Positions 31,698 through 43,100 of a stretch of 64,000 nucleotides of DNA are shown piece by piece. Source of the stretch: Nematocida ausubeli (lineage: Eukaryota); the NCBI RefSeq assembly GCF_000738915.1, contig NW_026515636.1, positions 459,175-523,174 on the forward strand, in the 5' to 3' direction. A program made the translations under genes and the position numbers. The notes below the pieces were generated by a model. The model made no database searches, was not told the origin of the DNA, and worked only from the letters and a program-made list of their open reading frames with translations. The number at the start of each line of letters is the position of its first letter. Within the stretch, counting starts at the first letter, position 1.

Positions 31698-32195
31698 ATG
31701 CTAATTACAACAGAGAAGCATGAAGACTTTGAGACAACTCTTCTAGAATGGGGGCTCGCCAAGGGTGCATCTGCATACACTGGCACTATTCACTTGTACA
31801 CAATTGGCGGGAAAACAGTTGTAGTGTACACGTCATACAATTCCAACAACAACTATGTGTACATTAAAACACAGAATTTGCCCAATGCATCGCCACAGAA
31901 TACATATCCCGGATTTTTGCGCGTACAGCTGAATGAGCAGGTTCTCAATTCAATTCTGAAGGAGGCCCATAAGCCAAAAGAATATAAGATAAAAGAATCT
32001 GTTGTTTCCAACGCACAAATGGAAAGAAAGCTAATAAACATTGAATCTGGGGACATTAAAGTGCTAACAGGAATTGAAGGCCTTGACCATGCAGTTGAAA
32101 TATTCAATGACATTCCGCTCCAAATAAAGCCAGTTGCGCTAGGGTCTTTTGAAGAAACACTTTGTAAACTGTTTATGGACACTTTATTAATATAG
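31698..32195 (+). CDS. Hypothetical protein (165 aa)
   Basis: Clean ORF filling the gap, converging 2 bp from the formin stop. No motif recognised with confidence. Confidence 0.7.
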   Translation: MLITTEKHEDFETTLLEWGLAKGASAYTGTIHLYTIGGKTVVVYTSYNSNNNYVYIKTQNLPNASPQNTYPGFLRVQLNEQVLNSILKEAHKPKEYKIKESVVSNAQMERKLINIESGDIKVLTGIEGLDHAVEIFNDIPLQIKPVALGSFEETLCKLFMDTLLI

Positions 32196-32197
32196 CG

Positions 32198-34090
32198 CTA
32201 TCTAAATAAATAGCTGTACTTCTCTATAGAGCCAATTGCATCTACCATATTTTCAGAGATATATTCTGGGGTGTCTGCGTGTACTTTAGAAAGAACAAAT
32301 AGCTTTGTGTCAACCTCTGATATAAGATACTCGCATTCTCGGATTATAAGAAATATCTTGTGAAGCCTTTCCTTCTTTCCAGTAAAGTCGTCTAGCAGCA
32401 CAACTTCATCATATCCAGCACGCAGCATGGAATAGTGATCCTTCAAAGACTTTAGATGAATGTTCTTAAAGACTGCGTATGTACTGAGTATTTTTTTAAA
32501 GTCAATTTTGTCGCGAGTTGTGAGAATTATAAACTCAAGCAAAGAAAGCCTGCATCCCTCTTCATTGATGATTTCAGCTGCGCATTTAGAAAAGGCGCTT
32601 ACGGAAGAAAGATAAAATCCCTTTGCAGGAGACTTATTTGCAACCTCAGCGTACTTATAGTTGACTAGGTTTCCAAGTCGCAATAAAATCACCAGAAAGG
32701 CAGGAAACTCTTTGTCATTTTCAACAGAAATTAGAGAGTTTCTGATTTCCTGCAAAGTGGCGATTAGAGCAACAAGCGAAGAATGTGCCCAGTGCACGTA
32801 TTTGATTAAAGTAAGTCTTCCCTTTGTGCAGTTATTCTGAAGAAATAGCTTAACTTTGCTCTCTACCTCTGTCAACATATGGGTGGCTTCCATGATTTTT
32901 ATGGACTCGCTTTCAAGAGGGAAAACTAAAGACAGATTAACTAAACTATCAATATGGGGCGCGTGCTCTTCTGTTTCTGTCCACCTTATAAGTTCGTTGC
33001 AGATGTCTTTTAGGGAGACCTTAGACTTCTTTATTGCTTCAAAGACAATTGACAGAAGAAACTCCTGCCTTTCGCTCAGAATCCTTTCTTTTTTGCCAGG
33101 CCTGTCTCTCTTCAGAAAGCCTGTCTGTTGTATCCCTCTTTTTATACAGAACTTTTTCTTGAAGTCATCTTCAATTTCTGTCCATCTATCAAGCAGCCCG
33201 CTTTCAGAAAGCACAGGGCTTTCATATAAAGATCCCTTAACGGACAAAACAGGCTTCCAGCCAACCTTTGGAAATAAAGTTTTAATACCTACGTCTGCGC
33301 CTTCCAGAAGATCAACAGTAGGGCGCACTCGCATTCCAGGAGGGGATGGCATCTTAGAAAAGATCTTTGCAGTACTATTAGCTGGTTGCTCAGTAGATGC
33401 AGGTGAAGGAACTTTCATACTCGATATGGCTTGTGCGACTTTCACTATTGGAAGTGGGGTTTCTTTTAATCCAGACTCTTTGCTTTGTACTATACTGGGG
33501 GTTTGCGTGCGTAAATTATCCAGATTATTTGCCGATAGATTAGTGCTACTTGCTTCCACCATGGGAACAAAGTCTGGCTTAAATGGGGCTGGCGAATCTG
33601 CGAAGTTACTGAGGGCAGGTGCCTTCTTTACACTTGTATATGATGGTATTTGGTTAAGCGTCTCTGTGATGGAAGGAATCCTCTCTGATGTAGTAATATG
33701 AGTGTTTGAAAGGCTCTCCACAATTATATCCAAAAATATGTCGTCAGGCAGGTGTCTTTGAATCTTAAAGTCCTTTTTGTAGTATCTGCCTATTCCTAAC
33801 GGAAGTTTTGCGAGTGTAATAGAGCCGACTGTTATGTTATTGCTGATGATGCTGATTAATGTGTTGTGCCCGATGTCGATCATAAATCCATCTGTGTATA
33901 TTAGCCAAAACTCATCTACTTCTATAAACGCCTTTTTCCCTGTGGGAAGCATACTTTCAGGGGTATATGACCGCTCCATCCCATCCACCATAATATGCAC
34001 ACTTGGGCACTTTATGCAGGGTGGCCTGCTTATAACCAGCTGTGTAATGGAAAACTGCATACTGTTCAGCCGCAGAAAGAATATATACAT
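32198..34090 (-). CDS. Divergent formin (FH2 domain)
   Basis: Lasso KVGWKPV, and post region ILLRLGNLVN....AKGFYLSSV matching the FH2 GNxMN...AxGFxL motif, followed by SLLEFI. Ser/Pro-rich linker upstream. Confidence 0.82.
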   Translation of the reverse strand: MYIFFLRLNSMQFSITQLVISRPPCIKCPSVHIMVDGMERSYTPESMLPTGKKAFIEVDEFWLIYTDGFMIDIGHNTLISIISNNITVGSITLAKLPLGIGRYYKKDFKIQRHLPDDIFLDIIVESLSNTHITTSERIPSITETLNQIPSYTSVKKAPALSNFADSPAPFKPDFVPMVEASSTNLSANNLDNLRTQTPSIVQSKESGLKETPLPIVKVAQAISSMKVPSPASTEQPANSTAKIFSKMPSPPGMRVRPTVDLLEGADVGIKTLFPKVGWKPVLSVKGSLYESPVLSESGLLDRWTEIEDDFKKKFCIKRGIQQTGFLKRDRPGKKERILSERQEFLLSIVFEAIKKSKVSLKDICNELIRWTETEEHAPHIDSLVNLSLVFPLESESIKIMEATHMLTEVESKVKLFLQNNCTKGRLTLIKYVHWAHSSLVALIATLQEIRNSLISVENDKEFPAFLVILLRLGNLVNYKYAEVANKSPAKGFYLSSVSAFSKCAAEIINEEGCRLSLLEFIILTTRDKIDFKKILSTYAVFKNIHLKSLKDHYSMLRAGYDEVVLLDDFTGKKERLHKIFLIIRECEYLISEVDTKLFVLSKVHADTPEYISENMVDAIGSIEKYSYLFR

Positions 34091-34186
34091 CGAAAGAGAA
34101 AGAACAAATCATTAGTCTGTTTATTTAAAACACTTTTTAGAAGTGCCCAATTAAAGGCACATCTGTGCAGAAAACCCTTCAGGCAA

Positions 34187-37100
34187 TTACAGCCACGGGT
34201 GCCACTGTGGATCCATCATAGAAAGTCTTTCTGGACTGGTTGCATTTCCAACCAACTTAACAATGCTCATTGATGGGCTGTCATCCATTCGAAGCAGTTC
34301 GTGCAGCTTATGTCTGGCTATTCGCATACTATTTTCTGCATGCTCTATGCCTTCCTCTTCTCTTGCCAGGACATCCATATACCGCATCAAGAATGTTTTC
34401 TTGGACAATGCAGCTGCCATGTGGTACATTGTAGTAAAGAAAGGCCCTTCAAGTCCTGCGCGCCCTATTATCTTCTGTATGTTTGGGGTCATTCGGAAAG
34501 GAACCTCTTCAAATAGTGCTTTGTCACTGAAAGATGGATAGAAGTCTATAGAGTATACCTTTCCTGTGCTTTCCCCGACAAATAGACGGGATGGCATGCG
34601 CGATCCTATTGAAAATACATACGACATAAAGCAGTGGATGCTGTAGGAGATGGACAGCGACTTTCTAAAGTAGAAAAAGTCACTTTGCAAATTGAAGCTG
34701 TTCATAAAGTGCTTATAGATGAGATCTTCGCCTACTCGACTGCAGGTATTCAAAAACATCTTCACTCTCTTCTCTGGGTCGATTGCATCTGCTTCCTGCA
34801 GCGAGGTTTTATTGTCAGCCCCATGGAGCTCCTGCCTGCATTGGAATATCATCTGGAAAACACCTTCTGCCCCCATTTCATTGTGAAGTATGTCATTAAG
34901 CGATTGCATAGGCTCTGCTTCTATGAAGATCTTCGTCTGGTTGTTTAGAGACACAATCTTTTTAATTGGTATGCACCCTCTTCTCTTTTTTATCTCCACT
35001 GTCTTGGCAATTGATGCGTTGAAAAGTGCAAGCGCCTGTATAAAGCGCTCTTCTCTTCTTGCGGTCTTTCCAGATGGCATCTGCAGAAGTATTGGGTACA
35101 CTTTTCCGTTGGTTCCACGAATTGCTAGCTCTCTCAGGCTTATGCCTCCTCTTCTCTTTATATTGATGCTGGGCTCGAATCTGGAAATCTTAACCATCTG
35201 GGGTGCTCTGTCAGATATATCGACATACTGCCCAAAGACCTCAATATCGTCGTTGCGCTGGTCAAAGTCCACAAGTCTTCTAGAAATATTTTCAATGCTA
35301 ATAGACCTAGGATGCGATAGCAGCAGCCTTTCCATGCTTTTCTTCCAGACAAGCAGCTTTTGTGCCAATTCAAGAATGCTCTGCGGTGGCAAGCTCTCTG
35401 ACACAAAGAAAGAGAAGTCCTCATCAAAAGAGCTTTTGTATTTCGGTGCCAGTGAAGACATCCCTATCATCTCAGAGATCTTCTGTATTGCTATAAGCAG
35501 AGACCCGTTCTCTCTTGGCTCCTTTCCAAATAGCTGCTGAAGTGACTCAGACAGCAGAGCTGTAAGCAGCCGGTAGAACTCTTCTTCAGCAGACGCCCTC
35601 AGCCGCATGGTAAAACTCTCCACAATGCCCTCAATGTTTATGCACATGAGCGTAAACCCTGTCTTTAAGAATGTCCACAGATCCGATATGGGTCCCTCCT
35701 TTATGCCTTTTCTTCGCTCCTCTTCTAATGCATTTCGCACTGGGAAGTACACAGCCTGCGGATATACATGCGCCACTCGTGAAAGTATCGACACTGCCAT
35801 TAGCGAGCCGCTGCTTGCCAGAATAGAAACTATCTGTATGATGAACGGCACAAAGCACCAGCAGTCAATTTCTGTAGACGCTGCCTCAAACACCTTCTCA
35901 ATTTCCTTGTTGGTTGCCTCAAGATCCATCAGCGCAACTATCTCCACCACTGCTTTTCTTGCTAGTGATCCTGGTGATATAGACACTGCCTGCATAAACG
36001 CATTGATTGCATTTGCGCGATTTGTTTTGCATGAAAGAAGCCCCCACTTGTACCACACCTTTGCATTTGTTGGATACACCTGCACTGCCTGCGCATACAC
36101 CTTTGCTGCATCGTCAACTGCGCCCTTTCCTTCTAGAAGCGTACCGCGTAGCAAAAACACTCCGCTTTTCTGTGCTGCTGTAAAGTAGTTCAAATTGGTC
36201 ATACCAAGAAGGTCAAGCCCTGCTGCATACTCCTTCATCTGCAAATAGCACTTTCCGTGCTCTTCCAGCTTCATGTACGCATCTGATATTTCGATATTTG
36301 GAAGCGTGTATATGCTGTCTAGGTTAGATAGAGCAGCAGGAAGAATCTGATGCTTTCGAAGGGTCTTTGAAAACAGATTCAGAATATGTGCTGTCTCGTG
36401 GTAGCCTCTGTACTGCAGAGTTTTCTCTTTTGCCTTTCCGTTCCATATGGAAGAAAACACATGTGTTCTCCACCGAACCAGCATAGTCCAAAACGAGATG
36501 GATGCCCACTCAAATGGAACTCGCTCCTTCCAAGCCTGCAGAATCCCTATCAGATCTCTTCGCAGGTCATCTGACGCTGTGATCTGCCATGACTCATTCA
36601 TCTCCACAACTATCTGGAATCTCTCAATGGCGTGCAGCTGTCTTGGTGAAAGCCGCGGATACTTTGCTATTTCATCTATTGTAGACGTGACAATTCTGTA
36701 GAGGAACTCTTCCGTCTCATCGGTCTTTTCACCAACCACGAACAGATAGTAAAACGTCTTATCCACCAAAGATATGTCATCTAGTAGACCTTTGAAGGCG
36801 CTTTTATCTGACTCAATTGAAAAGTCAAGTGTGTGCCATTTGGCTTTTACAGTTAGGCTTGGATTCTTTGTGGCTATTCCAATCTCAGAGAGCAGGTCCC
36901 ACTGCTGCATTTGCTCTGCGCATTCGATCCACTGCTCTTCCCAAATCTTGTACTCTGACTCATTGTAGAGAAGAATTCCGCTCTGGGCCTTTGTTTGAAT
37001 GTCCTCGTATGCTGCCTGTGCCCCCTTAATGTCTCCAATCTGCTGTAGAAGAAGTGCCTGGACTGTTTCTGGATAAAATGCAGAGATCCTTAGCTGTGCA

Positions 37101-40100
37101 AGGAAGTAGTCTTTCTCTTCAATTGCATTGTAAACAGTTGCTGACTCAGGTCTGTCATGTAAAACATATGCAGAGGCTGCCCACGTTCCCGTGTGATATG
37201 CCACCTCAAGAACTCTGCACTTATCAATGCACTTCCTGTTCTCATCATGCTCCTCACTCTGAGATCTCTGTCCGTTATCCTTCTGCACAAGCGAATCTAT
37301 CGAAGTATATCTAGATGCACCTTGGCAAAGGGAGGATATTCCTAGAATAAGACATTCTGCTGTTTCTGCTATGCGCGGCACTCTGGATTTCCCTAAGCGA
37401 ATAAGCATGTCCTCAATCCTTACATGCAGCGATGTTTTCGTGCGCTCTGGCAGATGCTCAATAATTCCAGGAAGAAGGCACCTAATAATCTGCGAGGACG
37501 CCTCTTCATTTCCGTACAGAAGTGACAGAATGCTGCCCATAATGGTCTGCTTGCTGGCTTTGTATCTTTTGAACTCCTGGAAAAGTGCTGACAGAGACTC
37601 AGGGCTCTCTGAAAACGATGGTGATTTACCGTGCCCAGATAGAGTTCTGCTTGCATGCCCGTCTTTCTCCAGAAACTCCAGTCCGTTCAGGTCCCAAAAT
37701 GCCACTGTCTGGAAAGCCACTACGTCAAACAGTCCTAAAACCATTCGGCAGAAAGCTGGAAGCCAAGTGCCCTTCTCAAACAGATCCCACTCAAAGGTGC
37801 TCAGGTACAGAAGCCTTTCTTCTACATGGGAAGACACACTTTGGTCAAATATCTTGAAGAAATCCGCCCGAATTCTATCTGTGGGGCATGCAAGCCCCTT
37901 AACAAACAGCGGCTGCAGGCCTGCAACTATATCCTCTCTGTGCATCTGCGGGTCTATATATGCAGTGTAAACCAGGCCCAGCCTTATCTCCTGGTGCTCT
38001 TCTGACTCCATGGCCAGCAGCACGCTCTGTTTCAAAGACGAAGGCACGCTTGGGCTCTGCACTATACTGACCACGCCCTCTGCTGTTTCGGAGTACCTGA
38101 AGACCTCTGGGTGCCTGGAAAGTATCTGCGCAAGCACTGTAAGAATTTCAGTTGTTGGATACTTTAGGGCAAGCTTCAGTCCTGCAGGCAGAGAGTCAGA
38201 CAGCGTAGTAGCCCCATCTTTCAGACCTTTTTCCAGCATGCGCATTGCCTGCTCTGCAGCCTCTTCTCCATTCAGCAGCTCTGCACATGTTATAGCCAGC
38301 TTCGGGAATATGCCTTTTGTAATTAGTCCCTGGAATATCTCACTAATGCACTCTTTGTCGATCTTTGCTGCTACTGGTATAATCTGCTCCAGTGCTGCAC
38401 ATCCCTCCTCCACCAAGCATGCATTTACTGCGCCTCGCAGGCTGAATGCGAGTACTTTATTATTCTTTGCTACCTCAGTGTATAGATTGGCCACAGACTG
38501 CGGGTTTATCCTATCCGGCGAGACTATAATTGGCTCTTCATAGAATGGAAGGGCAGATATGCCACTCACCACATCCCCGGGCTTATTGTGTATATAGTAC
38601 AGAACATAAGAGCTCGTCAAAATCAAAGCAACTCCATCGCATATTGCGCCTTCCTTATACCAGACAATTGAGGCCTGCAAAAGAAGAAGTGCGATCTTTG
38701 CGCTTCCAGAAATAAATAGCCGTTGTATCATGGTGCACACAACAGCCTCTATTCCTGAGCCTGTGAATAGCTCCGGGACCTTCACTATTGCTGGAAGGAA
38801 GATGTACAGATGCGTTCTATAAAGAGTGTCATCCTCCAGTGCAGACGAGATGCTTTCAATAAATGGCTCTACTCCATATCTTTTTAAAAGCGCAACTATT
38901 CCTTTGATTGCATGCTCCGCATACTCAGGATGCGCAGTAATAAGGGGCAAAAACCCGTCTGTGTTTGGTGTTGGGTCAAACTCAACTAAAAAGGCAGTGA
39001 TTCTTATTGCATCCACGGGCTCCAATGCCTCCAGCTCCAGCACTTTTGTTAGGTAGTCTGCTATAGTATACCTGTCTGCAGTTGCCTTTGCGCTTCTCAT
39101 GTTATCATTCATCATGGGGCTGCCTCCTCGGGAGTTCCCTGTGCTTTTTAGTCCAGACCGTGCAGTTGCTCTTGTAGGCTGTTTTGTCTTAGGCTGCGGA
39201 GTGGCTTTCTGTATGAGGGGCAGTGGGTCTTCCTTTATAAGCATCAGAGCCACCTCAATTCGCCACGCAGGAAGCCCGTCCACACATAAAATAGACTTGT
39301 CTGTGATGAGGGGCTCAACCGTTTGGAGAATTCTCTTCTGCACTTTCGGCTCAATGTTCAGTATTATCTTTTTCTCAAGTGCCTCTAAGAACAGGGAAAG
39401 AACTGTCTCGCCATTCTCTTGCGGTGTCCTAATTGGTGCAGTCCTGAGTTCTTCTGCAGTGTAGTATCGAATAAAGCCCTCCACTGACTTGAAGCACCAC
39501 TTCCTTACAATTCTCTCAAACTCTGCATCTCCTGAGGTTTCTCTCCACATCTCAACCATTCTTTCTATGCTGTCCATTGAAAATATCTCGCCTGCTGCGT
39601 CTGACAGCACATACTGTCTCCAAGTGGACTGCGCAGAGACTGCCATTGGGTGGTTATTTCTGTAGTGTCCGCCTGAGGTGCTGCTGCCTGTCTGCGTGTT
39701 TATGTTAAGATTGTTTATCCTAAATGCACCTCCTGCAGACGCCTCCTGCAGATGCTTGTGCAGAATGTAGTATGCTGTGTCGTCGTCATTTGCAAGCCTG
39801 AATAAAAAGCTTGCTGCAAGGGGCCTAAGAGACAGGTACTCAGATATACCCTTTCCTTTCTTCTTTGGCAGCATTGTCTTAAAGTGGTGCACATATGTTA
39901 GCACTGACCTGGTGAGAAACTCGCCCTCTGGTAGTTGGGGTGTTTTTGCGAATATTTCGTAGATCATGTCTACAATCTCCTCTGATAGACTTTCACCTGT
40001 TCCTTGCTGCCCAATTATCTCAAGCAAGCTGCTTGCCAGTCCTGTTTTAAAGATCTCTCTATCCAGGTCTTGCAAATGCACTAGCCCAGAGATGATCGAC

Positions 40101-43100
40101 TCAACATTCTTTTTCTGTCCTATGGTGTTCACAATTGGGACCAGCCATGTCTGCAAAAGTTCTCTGTCTGGCTCTCTTCCCAAGATGTACATCTGACGCA
40201 GTCCGTCTCGGCACACCTCGCATATTTCCTCCTCTTTTGAGAACAGGCCTTTGATCAGCATCTGCGATATCTTCATCAGCGAGTGCATTGAGCTAAAGTC
40301 TGGCGAAACAGCTGCTGCCACAAATAGCTGCACTGCTGCCTTTTTCATCTCAATTGTGCCGTTGGGTGACGCGATAATTCTGAAGGCCTCGCCAATAAAT
40401 CTCTCCAGCCGTTCGTCAATGCTCATAAGAGGCGGCCGCAGTCCAAACAGATATCTCATCACCTCCATGTTTCCTATCTGGATTCCATCTGGCAGTGCAC
40501 GCAGTGGCTTACTAAGAACCTGTGCCAGAATCTTTTCTTTGATTGGCAGAAGGAATGCAGAGACATCTGACCCGAATAGCTCTGCACTGTAGTCCAGGCA
40601 CTCTCTAGCCACCATGCGCACTCTTTCCAGTGGATGGCTTAGTTCCTGCGCAAATGTGAATATCAGCTGCATAAAGTACTCAGACGATATTGGCTCTGTT
40701 TCCACAGCTGGGTCATGTGCTGTTCTGCATATGTGGAATATTCCCTCTCTCACTCTTTCAACATTGTTGTACCGAATTGAAGAGAGCGAGAAGAAGAGTG
40801 CCTTGACAATGCGGATCTCCTGGTACAGCAGCCAGCTCACGCCTATATCCAAAGACTGTGTCATAAATAGAATGCCCTGGATGCCGCACATCTTCTCTCT
40901 ATCGCTGTTCGCATAGCATGCGGAGCAGAACGAGTGGAGTATGTTGTAGAAAAGTGTCATTTGTGATGTTTTCTCACGAGACCCGCATATGTTAAGGGAT
41001 ATGCTGTACATTGTGCTCAGTACAGACTGCGCAACACCTTCTGTCTGCTGGTGCCCAAAGGCCTGGGTCAGTGATGTTATCAGATGCGCCACATCAACTC
41101 GCACTCTTTTCTGGAACTCTTCAAAGTAAATCAGCTCAAGAGACTTGAAGATTGAGACAAATGAGTAGAGCAAAATCAACAGCTTTTTTGCCTCTATGGA
41201 GTTGGCAGTTGCCTGGCCTGCACCATCTCCGTCTCCTTCCTCTGTCTGTGCGCTGTTTTGCAGTCCTGCAGAGAGCACGCTCCCTGTGTACATGTCAGTA
41301 ACAGTTGTCATTGTATTCTGTATGGGCGTATTAGTCTTTTCTCTTGGATCTGCTGCGCACTTGAACAGCGCATTGATCAGCTCGCATGGTATGGTGATAA
41401 GCTCTTCTTCAGTGGGCCACTCGTCGTCCACTGGTGTGAACACTCCAGACCGCACCTTGCTGTGCAGTTCCTTAAAATCTGCCTCCTTAATAATCTCTAT
41501 CTCCTTGCTCCATATGTGAAGAATCTTGTCCGACAGGTCTTCCCACTTAAAGAACGTGTAGAAGTAGTGCCCTACTAGTGTAAGGGCCTGCTCCTGGCTG
41601 CCTGGCTTTTCTCCTGCAAGGACCCGGGCAGCCTCTTTCAGCACGCCGTGAATTGGCACGCGAATTCTGTCTGTCTTTCCTGGGATTATTACTGTGAGAG
41701 ATGAGCTTTGCTCTGCCTGGCTGATAGCCGGTACATTGAATGACGCCCTTGCCTTCCCAGAGAGCTTTCCAAGCAGCTTAATTGCCATAACAGAGCTTTC
41801 TTCCTCGTGCACAAGGTTCACCAGCGCAGTGAATATGCTGTCAATCTCCTCGCTTAAATAGGACATCAGAAGCTCTGCATTTAAGTTATCCACACAAGTC
41901 TCGAGTGTCTCCATGGCAAGTGCTGACAGCTGATTTTTCATTCGCAGTGCGCACACTAGTGCCTTTGCCATCTGTCCTAGGAACGGAAGAAGCCCTGATA
42001 TTTTCACTGATATTGTCAGAATTAGTTCAACTGGCTCAACTCTGTTTGGGTAGAGCCTTGTGATCTCTTCTATTTTTGCAAAGAACCCAGGAAGCACCAG
42101 AGCCATTTCCTTATGCAGAATCTCAAGCTTTTCCTTTCCTGCCGCATTGAACAGATCTTTTACGATCTCAAGCGTATATAGAAGCCGCTCTTCCGGCATC
42201 AGGCACTTTTTAAACAGCTCTGGCAGATTGCTTGCCACTACGCTCTCAATCTCTACTGTGTGCACTGTGAATGATGTAAAAATCTCTCTGAATGCAAGAA
42301 TAATAAACTGCTTGTCCTTTTCGTTGTGCAGAATCTTTAGGAGCTCTTGTATGATCACATCTGCAAACTTTCTTGCCACACCGGCATACGCCAAAAACTG
42401 CCTCCATATGATGAACATGTCTTTGTTCTTTTTTGTGCTTTCAAAAAGGATTCCTACGTTGTCTAGTAGCACCTTTTCAAAGAGCGCTGCATCCAGGTAG
42501 AAGAAAATCAGCAGAAACTCGCAAACAATAATAATGTCTGCCTTTTTCTCCAAGTCAAACTGGTTGAAGGGCTTGAAAGCAATGCCTAGGTTGTTTGACA
42601 GCTCCTGCACCTCATACGGGCTAAAGCACTTGAGAGAGAACACAATTGCATTCGAGGGAATGTTCTGGAAGAGGGAGAAGTAGTGCATTGTGTTTTTCAT
42701 GCCCCGGATGATTGAGCGCAGCACATTCTTTGTCTCCTCTGTCACTGGGATCTCACTGTATTGTCTGAACGCAGTGACAAACGCACCATAGTTCATTCGG
42801 ATAAAGAAACCCTTCTCTGCTATGCTTATGTTGTCGCTGATTGTTGTGTCGTTTATCTGCACCAACACATTTGCGCACAGCTTGTTCAGCGTGTGGTCGT
42901 TTGATTCGCACATGATCTTGGCTGCCTCTTTGCACACCTTTAGGGAAAGATGCCGGTGCGTAATGTCCCTAAACATTATCAAAAACTCTGTGGACAGCGT
43001 GAGCCCAAGCAGCTTTAGCACTGAGTGCTTTGGCCGCAGAAGAATCCCGTCCTTGAGAATGATCTCTGAGTACGAGGCAAAGACTCGCTTTTTCTCTGTC

